From the NCBI GenBank assembly GCA_035489575.1, contig DATHJY010000013.1:155346-219345 (forward strand): DNA of 64,000 bases, in the 5' to 3' direction. This document shows, piece after piece, positions 52,098 through 61,691 of this stretch. Made by a program: the position numbers and the translations under genes. The DNA comes from Verrucomicrobiia bacterium. Lineage in GTDB: Bacteria > Patescibacteriota > Saccharimonadia > Saccharimonadales > JAGQNK01. Under the pieces are notes generated by a model. It did not search any database, was not told where the DNA came from, and saw only the letters and a program-made list of their open reading frames with translations. Numbering within the stretch: position 1 is the first letter of the stretch; each line of letters opens with the position of its first letter.

Positions 52098-52203
52098 GGT
52101 ATGACGAGTAGGTGGGTGCGGATGTGTACAGCAAAAGGATGTGGCCTATGGCTGCAACTCTCCTTTTTCTGTTCCCCTCTGTTCACCCGCCTGCTGTCAT
52201 ACC
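52098..52203 (+). other. long-range 20-bp stem closing the 3' UTR of island I14
   Basis: 52098-52118 pairs with 52184-52203 (one bulged G and two U.G wobbles, which would be A.C mismatches on the other strand). Confidence 0.5.
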
Positions 52204-52544
52204 AACATGATTTTATAAAAAAGCATTTGACACAAAAGTAATATGCTGTTATTATATTTAAGACCTATCTGTTTTACAGAGCTGTACATAACAAGCATAA
52301 GCGTTTACGAACAGTCGAATTGTAGAGTAATATTCGCTCTAACAGATTTAGGTTGAATATTTATCCACAATTTTACAGAGATACAACATATACCTCTTAT
52401 AGCTTCCTATGCAACAGTTTAAGCATAACCGTCCATTTAGTGATACAATAGCTATATCTACAAAGGGTATTGACTCAGCAGACTATTTGTTTTACAATAA
52501 TATTAAAACTTGAGATTACCCAGACCGGGTAAGGGAAGTAAATA

Positions 52545-53582
52545 ATGACAGAAGCTAATCGAAACCGGCTGCAGATCGAAAAGATCATTACCGACATTTT
52601 GGGCACTATTGATCGCGAACGTGAACGCGAGATTATTGCACGTCGTTATGGTTTGTTCGACCGCAAAGAAACTCTCGAACAAATCGGCGAGCTTCTTGGT
52701 ATTACCCGTGAGCGCGTTCGGCAGCTCGAGAAGGCCGTTATGGCTCGTCTCAAGGCAATGGCTGACGCTGGGCAACTACCGCATATCAAAGAAGTACAGA
52801 CCCTTTTGCTCGACGAAGTTAACACTATGGGCAAAGTTGGCCGCGTAACCGACCTCAGCGGACGACTTACCAAAGACAACAGCCGCGTAGACCAGGCTCG
52901 TATCTCTTTCTTGGCAGAGCTCAGTCCTAAGCTGGCTGTCGTAGAAGACAACGACCACTTCCATCACGCTGTTGGCGTAGCTGAAGTTCACGACGAAAAG
53001 ACCATTAAAGAGCACGTCATGACTATTATTGCCGCCATCAAAGATATCGGCGAACCTAGCGCTATCGAGCATGTCACCACGACAGCCGGTAAAGAAGACG
53101 CTGAGCACGTAGCCGCTCTGGCTAGCACTAGCAAGCAGCTTGCTACCCTTAACGGACGCTGGGGCCTCGTGAAGTGGCCCATGGTCAACCCAAAGAACAT
53201 TCGTGACAAAATCTACGTTATCTTGCACGAAGCAGGGCAGCACATGCACTTCAACGAGATCTCTGAAGCCATCAAGGGTTCAGACTTCAAGCGCAAAGAC
53301 GTAACTACCCAAGCTATCCACAACGAACTCATCAAAGACAAACGCTTTGTCCTGATTGGTCGTGGTATCTACGCCCTCAAAGAGTGGGGCTACGAAAAGG
53401 GTACCGTTGCTGACATCATAGAAGAAGTCTTGCGTACCGCAAGCGAACCTATGCACCGCGACGAGATCGTTAAAGAAGTCCTGAAGAGTCGTCACGTCAA
53501 AGAGACAACCATTCTTCTGAATCTACAAGGCAAGCCGCAATTCAAGCGCGTTGCCAAAGCTACCTACGCCCTCGCTGAGTAA
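52545..53582 (+). CDS. sigma-70 region-4 HTH plus HARE-HTH-like domain protein
   Basis: REIIARRYGLFDRKETLEQIGELLGITRERVRQLEKAV (region 4.2-like). The C-terminal half resembles the winged-helix domain of RNAP delta. Confidence 0.6.
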   Translation: MTEANRNRLQIEKIITDILGTIDREREREIIARRYGLFDRKETLEQIGELLGITRERVRQLEKAVMARLKAMADAGQLPHIKEVQTLLLDEVNTMGKVGRVTDLSGRLTKDNSRVDQARISFLAELSPKLAVVEDNDHFHHAVGVAEVHDEKTIKEHVMTIIAAIKDIGEPSAIEHVTTTAGKEDAEHVAALASTSKQLATLNGRWGLVKWPMVNPKNIRDKIYVILHEAGQHMHFNEISEAIKGSDFKRKDVTTQAIHNELIKDKRFVLIGRGIYALKEWGYEKGTVADIIEEVLRTASEPMHRDEIVKEVLKSRHVKETTILLNLQGKPQFKRVAKATYALAE

Positions 53583-53700
53583 GTTCTGGATATCCCATGG
53601 TCACCTCCTCACCGTGAGGTTGATACACCATGGGACCCAGAGCCTATCATATGGCAGGGTAAAGGCCCCGGTGGCAAGAGGGGAAGGAAGCCTTTCGGTA

Positions 53701-54237
53701 ATGGAAAGACACGAACAAGAAGATACCACCAGTAACATGATGGAGCTCACTAATGGCTCTACGTTTCTGGGCCGTGACGAAGAGCCATACATAGAGCTAC
53801 TCGCTCAAGCAGGCGAAGAGGGCCTTACGGCCGCTGATTTCGTAAACGCCCACATCCACAAAAGAACTGCAGTATATAGCACCTTAGCCCGGCTAGCAGC
53901 AGACGAAGTTATCGTGAAACGAATCGATCGTTCGGGTCTGGCTTCTCGTCCACCGGAAAGAATAGTCCTTGACCCCAAACGCCTCCCAGAAGTCATAGCT
54001 CATTTCGAATACCTCGCACAGCGAGTCCAAGGCACCTTGCGGCGCTCAATGCCCAAGCAGAGCAGGAGACAGAGCAAGAGTTATAAACAAAAAGCGAACA
54101 TTACTAGTAGCATAGTACGAACAAAGAAATACAAAAACCGAACAAGTGTTCATAAAAAATACAGCTCGAGAAATTATAAGACAAGACAAAACAGCCAGCA
54201 TTTTTCAAAGGCCATGCAGAACGGGCAGGGACAATAA
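53701..54237 (+). CDS. hypothetical protein with winged-helix-like N-terminus and Lys/Arg/Ser-rich tail
   Basis: ATG 53701 (MERHEQ...) is preferred to the track start, which overlaps the previous gene. Confidence 0.45.
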   Translation: MERHEQEDTTSNMMELTNGSTFLGRDEEPYIELLAQAGEEGLTAADFVNAHIHKRTAVYSTLARLAADEVIVKRIDRSGLASRPPERIVLDPKRLPEVIAHFEYLAQRVQGTLRRSMPKQSRRQSKSYKQKANITSSIVRTKKYKNRTSVHKKYSSRNYKTRQNSQHFSKAMQNGQGQ

Positions 54238-54747
54238 AAATCAAAGCCAAACATAAGGGCAGAGGGCACAAAACAGCCGCGGGTGATTGGCGAGCGAACC
54301 AAAACCAAACATACACATGACGTCGCACAATGTATATTTTGCGACTCACATATAGGATTTATAGACGACTATCGATACCCCTCCTGCAGGGGATAAGCAC
54401 AGGCAGTATGGCACTTGGCTTACGGTTTACATTTATGCGTGCCCTAAAGCACACACCTAACGCTGTTTAAGCCCCGCGGCCGTCCAGCCACTCGTTTGCT
54501 GTACCGGAAAGCTCTGTTGTATTTACCGACATTCCCACGACTTTTCCACACCCGGCCGTGAAAACATTTGCTTTTTCGCTATTTACTTTGTTTTATATAT
54601 TATTCCCCTTTACTTCCTCTGCTCTGCTTTTTTTGACTTTTGCCCTACTTTGTATTTTTGTATAGTTTTTTCACGGCCTTCCACAGCACTTTTATATTGA
54701 ACGTTTTACGAACATGAGGGAGGGGTAAAGCGGGGGACCTTCACTGC

Positions 54748-55653
54748 TTACTTATAAAAGGCTTTTTCTGATACCCGCACATCTATGTACTCTGCTGGCA
54801 GGACGTTGTCCTTTTCCAGTCGTTGCTTGACCGCTATAAACGTCCCTGCCTGAAGCTTCCCCTCCCCTTGGGTGTCAAACTTGACGTAATATGGCCTGTC
54901 TTTGGGACGGACTCGTAATTCTCGGGCGGCTGGCAGGCTCATGCTATCCAAAGGGATGTTCTTGGCCCGTAACTGCGCTGACACATCGGTAATAAATTGC
55001 ACCACCTCCTTAGGCAGGGCGGATTTGCCAGGCTCTAGCGATACACCTGATTCATCACGCACGAGAGGCAGCCTGTCACGCGTCGAGCTATCGACCTCGC
55101 TGGCTTTTACAATAGCACGACCATGCACATCCACGATAAACGCACCACTACTACGCGTCCCCAGTACCAGCGCCGGCTGAGCGGGCTGGGCCTGTATTAC
55201 CAGCCGCCGGCCCATCAGCGGCATAACAACAGCAATATCACCCAGCTCCGGAAAGGCTTCTCGCAGTTCGGCCGCCAGCTTTGTGGTATCTATGGTCAAC
55301 TTACTACTGTTCAGTAATGACCGGGCCAGTATATCCCGGGCTTCTTTTTCATACACCGCTCTGTTTCCAACCAATGTTTGGTCACTGCTGCGCAGTATCT
55401 GTACGTTGGGTAGCGTACTGAGTGTCGACATATACACCAGCGACACCAGCAGGACGACAGCAGCAACCATAGAAGGTGCATACTTCAGCGCCTCTTTGTT
55501 TACACGACGGCTCGTAGCCGTTTTCTTGGGAGTCATATTCCGACCAACCGACGGCTCTGACGAGCGACTGGCATAATATGAAAAGACTTGTGCCGATTGC
55601 TGGGCACGAACGTTTCGTTGGGCTGGTTGTGGTTTTTGTTTTTTGCGGAACAT
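54748..55653 (-). CDS. ftsQ: cell-division protein FtsQ/DivIB-like
   Basis: Position after murG in the dcw cluster; basic N-terminus, one TM segment, POTRA-like region. Confidence 0.7.
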   Translation of the reverse strand: MFRKKQKPQPAQRNVRAQQSAQVFSYYASRSSEPSVGRNMTPKKTATSRRVNKEALKYAPSMVAAVVLLVSLVYMSTLSTLPNVQILRSSDQTLVGNRAVYEKEARDILARSLLNSSKLTIDTTKLAAELREAFPELGDIAVVMPLMGRRLVIQAQPAQPALVLGTRSSGAFIVDVHGRAIVKASEVDSSTRDRLPLVRDESGVSLEPGKSALPKEVVQFITDVSAQLRAKNIPLDSMSLPAARELRVRPKDRPYYVKFDTQGEGKLQAGTFIAVKQRLEKDNVLPAEYIDVRVSEKAFYK

Positions 55654-55670
55654 AGTGCTAATTGGGGGTT

Positions 55671-56822
55671 TTATTTGGTCTGTACTTCTAATAATAACAG
55701 TGCCAGCTTGCGGGACGCATCAGGTATGCTGATATCTTGTAGTTTGCTGGCCAATTTCTGACGGCGTTCAGGATCTTGCAACAGACTCCGTATTGCCGCG
55801 TCCAGAGCAGAAGTGTCTCTCTTAAAATCAGCCTCATCTACAACCAACACCGCATTATGCCTTACCAGATTTTCGGCATTTTTGAGCTGGTGGCCCCCTG
55901 TTAGGAGGGGATTTGGCACAACCACACAAGCCTTGCCCTGTACCCCAAACTCAGCCAGTGCATTGGCGCCCGCTCGCGTCACCACCACGTCCGCAGCACC
56001 GCTGTACCGATATAAAGGTTGTAAAAATTCCAACACCTCCAGGCGCTCATGACTGAAATCCCCATAAGTATCTGCCTGTCCCTTCCCTACCTGGTGAATA
56101 ACAAAAAGATCTGCATAGTCCTGAAGTAGCCCGGGCACCACCTGTCGCATGCCGTCGTTCAACCGACGCGCACCTGTGCTACCCCCTGTTATCATAAGTA
56201 CCCTGCTCTTCCCTGGCAGAGATAGTTCTTTTTTGTACTGTGCCTGCAGGTGCGCATCTACCGGCTTGTAGTCGGCAGTGGTCAGAACACCCACATACCT
56301 CACGCTCTCTGGTGGGTAGGTGTAGAATTCGGCAGGCATGCCTGTGGCATGATATACAGCCCACTTGGCCACCAACCGGTTAGCCAGCCCTGGCATAGCG
56401 TCGGAATCATGGGTGACAAACGGCTTGCGCCAAAAAGCCGAGGCTACCCCTATGGGCACCCCTACAAAGCCGCCCTTTAAAAGCACTACATCTGGCCGCA
56501 ATTTCTTGACCAGGAAGATGCCCTGGATAATGCCCAGCACTATGTACACGGCATCTCGTATGTTCAGGGCAATGGTCTTCAGGTCCAGCAAGCGGCGCAG
56601 CCACGACTCGCCATGATACCTGCGGAACTTGCCCGCAAAGATGGTAACTATTTTATCAATATCAGCGTTTCCGTCAGTCATGTGTGCAAACCGTCCGTTA
56701 CGTTCACCAGCGTATATGACGTAACAATCCGGGTCGGCTTTTTTCAGCTGGTGGGCCACTGCCAATAGTGGCGATATGTGCCCACCAGTACCTCCACCGG
56801 TCAGTAGGATCCGTTTAGGCAT
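55671..56822 (-). CDS. murG: UDP-N-acetylglucosamine--N-acetylmuramyl-(pentapeptide) pyrophosphoryl-undecaprenol GlcNAc transferase
   Basis: GGTGGHISPLLAVA N-terminal motif and dcw cluster context. Confidence 0.9.
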   Translation of the reverse strand: MPKRILLTGGGTGGHISPLLAVAHQLKKADPDCYVIYAGERNGRFAHMTDGNADIDKIVTIFAGKFRRYHGESWLRRLLDLKTIALNIRDAVYIVLGIIQGIFLVKKLRPDVVLLKGGFVGVPIGVASAFWRKPFVTHDSDAMPGLANRLVAKWAVYHATGMPAEFYTYPPESVRYVGVLTTADYKPVDAHLQAQYKKELSLPGKSRVLMITGGSTGARRLNDGMRQVVPGLLQDYADLFVIHQVGKGQADTYGDFSHERLEVLEFLQPLYRYSGAADVVVTRAGANALAEFGVQGKACVVVPNPLLTGGHQLKNAENLVRHNAVLVVDEADFKRDTSALDAAIRSLLQDPERRQKLASKLQDISIPDASRKLALLLLEVQTK

Positions 56823-58071
56823 TGGCTTCGCTCCTAGCTCGGTAGCGACTGATTGGCCGGCCGCTAGCTGGCTGTCGATCGGTCGAGACGCCTCCCGTAT
56901 TTACCCCATAGGAAGTGTACCGGGATATATTAAACACCAGCCCTACGGCAGCCATCACGAATATGACGCTCGTACCACCATAACTAATAAACGGCAATGT
57001 AATACCTTTGAGCGGCAGCAGACCAATCATCGCCCCAATGTTGATAACTGTCTGGGTACTGAGCCAAGCCAACACCCCAGCTACGATCAGGCGTGAAAAA
57101 TCGTCAGTGGTACGTTCCATAATGTTTTTTATGCGTACAAAGAAGGCCATAAGCAGACAAATCAACAGTGTCGCCCCTATAAAGCCGAACTTCTCTGCAA
57201 TGATAGCAAAGATAGAATCGTTGGCAGCCTCTGGAAGATAGCCAAAAGCTTGGCCGCTATTTTGCAAGCCAATACCAAATATACCCCCAGAGCCCACTGC
57301 AATCAGCGCCTGACAGGCCTGGTAACCCGTACTCTGACAGTCACGCTCAGGGTTCAGAAAGGTGCTTACCCGGTCACGGCGATAGCTAAAAGGCAGAATG
57401 AGCAGTGCCAGACCAATGACCACGACTCCACCGGTTTGAGCAATGCGCTTGAGCGGCAGCCCCGCCACAAATGACATGGCAGCTAGCATAGCCAGAACAA
57501 CCGCAGTAGACCCCAGGTCCTTTTGGGCGATAGCAACCACTACACCAACCACTGCCAGTACGAACATCAGCGGCTTGAGTGTTTTTTGGGTGCTTCCTAT
57601 CTCGCCCTTTCTAATTTGCTGCTCCAGAAATGCAGACAGGCAGATAACCAGTCCAAGCTTTACCAGCTCTACCGACTGTAGCGACAGGCCACCAAAGCGT
57701 ATCCAACGATGTGCCGGATATTCGGCGCTGACGGGCAGCACCAGCGAAATAAGGGTAGCCAACACCGCAGCCACCAGCAGTGGTCGTTGCAGTTGGCGCC
57801 ATTTTGTCAGAGGAATCGCCGCCACAATGGCAAAGGCCACTACCCCCAAGCCAATGGCTGTTAGCTGCTTGGTTACAAAATAATTCTCGCCGACATTCTT
57901 CTGGGCACTCAGGCCGGGGCTAATGGCATATACCACAATCAAACCCACGGCCAACAGCAAGGCGCTGATAAGTACCAGTGTATAGTCTGGCTTGTGTCGC
58001 CTTTGCAGCGTACCACTGTCACGCGCCAGAACTGCTGGCCGTCGACGCCCTCCTGTAGTTCGCGCAAACAT
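56815..58071 (-). CDS. ftsW: SEDS-family peptidoglycan polymerase FtsW/RodA
   Basis: About 10 TM segments, C-terminal PFISYGGTS motif, dcw cluster context. ATG 58071 is preferred. Confidence 0.85.
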   Translation of the reverse strand: MFARTTGGRRRPAVLARDSGTLQRRHKPDYTLVLISALLLAVGLIVVYAISPGLSAQKNVGENYFVTKQLTAIGLGVVAFAIVAAIPLTKWRQLQRPLLVAAVLATLISLVLPVSAEYPAHRWIRFGGLSLQSVELVKLGLVICLSAFLEQQIRKGEIGSTQKTLKPLMFVLAVVGVVVAIAQKDLGSTAVVLAMLAAMSFVAGLPLKRIAQTGGVVVIGLALLILPFSYRRDRVSTFLNPERDCQSTGYQACQALIAVGSGGIFGIGLQNSGQAFGYLPEAANDSIFAIIAEKFGFIGATLLICLLMAFFVRIKNIMERTTDDFSRLIVAGVLAWLSTQTVINIGAMIGLLPLKGITLPFISYGGTSVIFVMAAVGLVFNISRYTSYGVNTGGVSTDRQPASGRPISRYRARSEANA

Positions 58072-58082
58072 ATCTAGTACCC

Positions 58083-59117
58083 CTAACTGTTGCCAAGCAG
58101 GTACAAGATGAGACCGAGGACACCGAACACCTGACCCAGTATCCAAAAGCGCATCGTTACTTTTGTTTCGGGCCAGCCAATAGCTTCAAAGTGGTGGTGG
58201 ATAGGAGACGATAGAAATACCTTCTTGCCATGGCGCAATTTGCGCGAGGTGCGGTTGATGATAACCGAGCCAGTCTCTGCAACATACACAGCGCCAATGA
58301 TAGGCAGCACGTAGATAGTATCTGTCTGCAAAGCAATGATACCCAGGGCGGTACCCATAGCAAACGACCCAATATCGCCCATAAAGAAACGCGCCGGATA
58401 GATATTAAACCAGGTATAGCTCAGCAGTGCTCCCACAATAGCCAGACAGAATCCTGCCAGAGCGTACTGCTGTTGAAAGGCACAGATAATGGTATAGACC
58501 CCGAAAGAAGAGGCCAACAACCCGCCAGCCAACCCATCAAGTCCATCAGACATGTTCACCGCATTGGCCGTCGCAATAACTACGAACCAGAACAAAACAA
58601 TAACAAAGACACCCAGCATAACATCGCCAAAGCCAAAATTCAGACTGGTAACGTCAAGCTTGGCATAAAACCACCACCCACCAACAAGCCCCACCGTACT
58701 ATGCAGCAAGAACTTTACCTTGGCACGCATACCAGCAACTTTACTGCTGCCACGAATATTCATCCAATCATCTATAAATCCAACCGTGGCAGCCCCTAGC
58801 ATACCGGCCAGCGGTAGCCAAGTCTCTTGCCTGTCCAAGTTGGCAACAAGGGTCACGAACGTGACCGCCAAAACAAAAACGATGCCAGCCATATTAGGAA
58901 TGTTGCGCTTGTGTTTGGCAGCATGCAGCTTGGCATAGACAGGCGCCTTGACGCCACCCATTGCCTCTGTTCGTTGCTTCTTCCACCACTCGTATTTGTA
59001 CGCAACGGTGGTGTACAACGGCGTCAATACCATACTAAAAGCAAAGCTCAGAAAGCCTAGTAGCAATATCTGCATGACGGTGCTGGTTTCAACGACGAGG
59101 CTTATTGTTTCTGTCAT
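58083..59117 (-). CDS. mraY: phospho-N-acetylmuramoyl-pentapeptide transferase
   Basis: NAVNMSDGLDGLAGG, multi-TM topology, dcw cluster context. Confidence 0.9.
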   Translation of the reverse strand: MTETISLVVETSTVMQILLLGFLSFAFSMVLTPLYTTVAYKYEWWKKQRTEAMGGVKAPVYAKLHAAKHKRNIPNMAGIVFVLAVTFVTLVANLDRQETWLPLAGMLGAATVGFIDDWMNIRGSSKVAGMRAKVKFLLHSTVGLVGGWWFYAKLDVTSLNFGFGDVMLGVFVIVLFWFVVIATANAVNMSDGLDGLAGGLLASSFGVYTIICAFQQQYALAGFCLAIVGALLSYTWFNIYPARFFMGDIGSFAMGTALGIIALQTDTIYVLPIIGAVYVAETGSVIINRTSRKLRHGKKVFLSSPIHHHFEAIGWPETKVTMRFWILGQVFGVLGLILYLLGNS

Positions 59118-59140
59118 GGTTAGTTCCTTGTATTATACAC

Positions 59141-60898
59141 TTACTTTTTTGGTGTTACACCAAAGTTATTAATCAGCATGCCCGTTAGATCAACAAAGAG
59201 CGGGGCCGCCGCCTTTGACCCTGCATACCCGCCAATCTTTGGCTTATTTACACGTACCAGTATTACATATTGCGCATCATCTCCACCAACAAATCCCATA
59301 AACGTACCGTTAAATACGTCGTCATAATAGCCACCCTCGGGCTTTGCCACTTCAGCTGTTCCGGTCTTGCCACCAATACTGTAGGCAGGATAGTCTTGTT
59401 TGAATCCATAGGTTACCCGATTTTTGGCAACCGTATATTCCATCATTTCCTTGATAGTGCGGCTCACCTCTGGCTTAACTGCATTAGTACCTATAACTTT
59501 TGGTGCTACCTGCTGCTCGCCCTTATCGGTAATAGTCTTGTCAATCAGGCGTGGCTGGTAATAGGTGCCTCCGTTGACCACAGCTGCCAGAGCGGCGGCC
59601 ATCTGAAGCGGCGTGGCCGTCATACCCTGCCCAAAGGCGGTGTTGGCGTACTGGATATTCAAGCCATAGCCTTCGACTGGGTCAGGTATGGACCCACCAG
59701 ATTCGTACCCCTGTTCTATCCCCGTTGGCTTGCCAAGATGGTAGTGCCCTGTCATGTAGTCGTACCAGCGCTGCCTGGCCTGTTGGTTTATTTCGCCGCC
59801 GCCCATCTGCATGAGCAACCAGGTGGCACCCGTGTTGAGCGACAGTTGCAAAATATCCCGAACGCTATGGGTCCCTGGCCCACCATCTTCTTCGATATTG
59901 CTTACCGTAGCATCGCCCACCTTATATTTGCTGGGGTCGTAATAGGTTGTGTCCTTGCCTACTACACCCATATCCAGTGCGGCTGCGGCGGTCAGAGGCT
60001 TCATGATAGATCCCACTTCTAGCGGATCGCTTACCACGGCGTTGTTAAAGGTATTGCCATCTTCTACTTTAGAAAATTCGCCAGGGTTATAGGTGGGATA
60101 GTTGGCCATGGCCTTTACGGCGCCAGTCTTCGCCTCTAAGATCACGGCGCCACCAGAATCAGACTTGGCCCGGTCAAGCCCCGCTTTTAGCATGTCTTCT
60201 AGCTGCTGTTGCATGCCAATGTCTATGGTCAAGACCACTCTTTCGCCCGACATGGGTTCAGTCATAACGTTTTCGCGGTTAGCCGCCAGCGGCACACCCT
60301 CGGCATCAGTAATCGCCTTGAGCTGTCCCGGCCTGCCCTTTAGGCGCGTGCCCAAGAACTGTTCTAGGCCATATTTGCCCTCACCTTCATCGTTTACAAA
60401 TCCCAGCAGCTGGGCAGCCAAGGCCCCTTGTGGATAGGTCCGGTACGGAATCCCTCGCGTGCCAATCCCTTTCAGCTTTAGCTTGTCTATTTTCTCGCTC
60501 TGGGACTTATCAAGTTTCTTGGCAAGTACCACGTACCGAGTCTCTGGCGTTCGGAGTTTCTCTTCATAGTCGTTGGCGTTGCCCCCTATGGCGCGAGCAA
60601 TCTCATCGGCCGCCTTGCGTTGGTCGTGTACATAGACCGGATCGGCATACAGAGTGTAGCGGGTCTCGTTCAATACAATAGGCACCGTAGCTGACCCATT
60701 GTGAGCCTCTATCACTCCCCGCTCTGCCGGGATTTCATATTGTTTGAGCTGTCCAGTCAGTGCAGCCGTCTGGTAATAATCGTGGCGAATAACCTGCAGA
60801 TAGAAGAGCCGAATAATAAACACCGCGCACAATATCAGCAACAAGGCATACCATATACGGATACGCCTAACAGGATCTACTTCCAGAACCAACTTCAA
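59141..60898 (-). CDS. ftsI: penicillin-binding protein 2/3-type transpeptidase
   Basis: N-terminal TM segment and SxxK motif (GSIMKPLT). TTG start preceded by GGAGGTG. Confidence 0.9.
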   Translation of the reverse strand: MKLVLEVDPVRRIRIWYALLLILCAVFIIRLFYLQVIRHDYYQTAALTGQLKQYEIPAERGVIEAHNGSATVPIVLNETRYTLYADPVYVHDQRKAADEIARAIGGNANDYEEKLRTPETRYVVLAKKLDKSQSEKIDKLKLKGIGTRGIPYRTYPQGALAAQLLGFVNDEGEGKYGLEQFLGTRLKGRPGQLKAITDAEGVPLAANRENVMTEPMSGERVVLTIDIGMQQQLEDMLKAGLDRAKSDSGGAVILEAKTGAVKAMANYPTYNPGEFSKVEDGNTFNNAVVSDPLEVGSIMKPLTAAAALDMGVVGKDTTYYDPSKYKVGDATVSNIEEDGGPGTHSVRDILQLSLNTGATWLLMQMGGGEINQQARQRWYDYMTGHYHLGKPTGIEQGYESGGSIPDPVEGYGLNIQYANTAFGQGMTATPLQMAAALAAVVNGGTYYQPRLIDKTITDKGEQQVAPKVIGTNAVKPEVSRTIKEMMEYTVAKNRVTYGFKQDYPAYSIGGKTGTAEVAKPEGGYYDDVFNGTFMGFVGGDDAQYVILVRVNKPKIGGYAGSKAAAPLFVDLTGMLINNFGVTPKK

Positions 60899-61127
60899 AA
60901 TTCACCTCCGTCCTGCAGCCTTGATGCAGGGAAACCTTGCCGATTTTTGCTTCGCAATGTAGCTATGGCTACCTTTTGTCGCAATAAATCGTCAATCTTT
61001 CTCCTGCATCCGGCCTTCGGAACCGAAGGAAATTCTGAAGTTGGTTCTAATTGTACGGGACTCAGTGTTGGCCGCATGCTTGTCCTTTTGGCCCTCCTGC
61101 CACCCCATGATGCGGCGACTGCATAGA

Positions 61128-61475
61128 TTAGTTTTGCAGTGTAGCAGCTGGAGCAACACCAACCAAATTTTTGGCCGCTTCGCTATTTTTGACACGTTCT
61201 TGTGCCTGCAGCCGTGCCGAGTCAATGGTCAGCTGGTCGTGCTCTGCCTTTAGGCCCGCCTGCTGCTCTTTCAGATCGTTGATCCGGTAGCTATAGGCAT
61301 TAGTCTTGGTAACCTGCGTGAGATACAGCAGTCCAACCAAGCATGCCAAAACAATCAGAATAATAGTGTTGCTAACCGGGCCTACACTTCGGCCACGCTC
61401 ACGGAAGCTTGTCGTATTTTGGTTTCGGGTAGCATAGCGCTGCCGGCCCATCGCCAGTGAGGATGAATATGTCAT
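61128..61475 (-). CDS. ftsL: FtsL/DivIC-like septal protein
   Basis: One TM segment followed by a coiled coil (INDLKEQQAGLKAEHDQL). Located between rsmH and ftsI. Confidence 0.6.
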   Translation of the reverse strand: MTYSSSLAMGRQRYATRNQNTTSFRERGRSVGPVSNTIILIVLACLVGLLYLTQVTKTNAYSYRINDLKEQQAGLKAEHDQLTIDSARLQAQERVKNSEAAKNLVGVAPAATLQN

Positions 61476-61691
61476 GAATGTTTTTGTTTTTTGTTATTTT
61501 TGTATTTCTTTGTTCCCCGACCTCCCCTGGGGGAAGCCGAGGCACACCTTTGTACAAGGGTCAGTCACTTCTAAAGGTTAAACAACCCGGACTTTTACTT
61601 TGTACGCTCGGGAGAGGTTTTTTACCGTAATTGGCATAATCCTCTTCCTTTCTTTTTTTGCTTCTGCCAGAAAATTTTGTCCTGGCAGACG

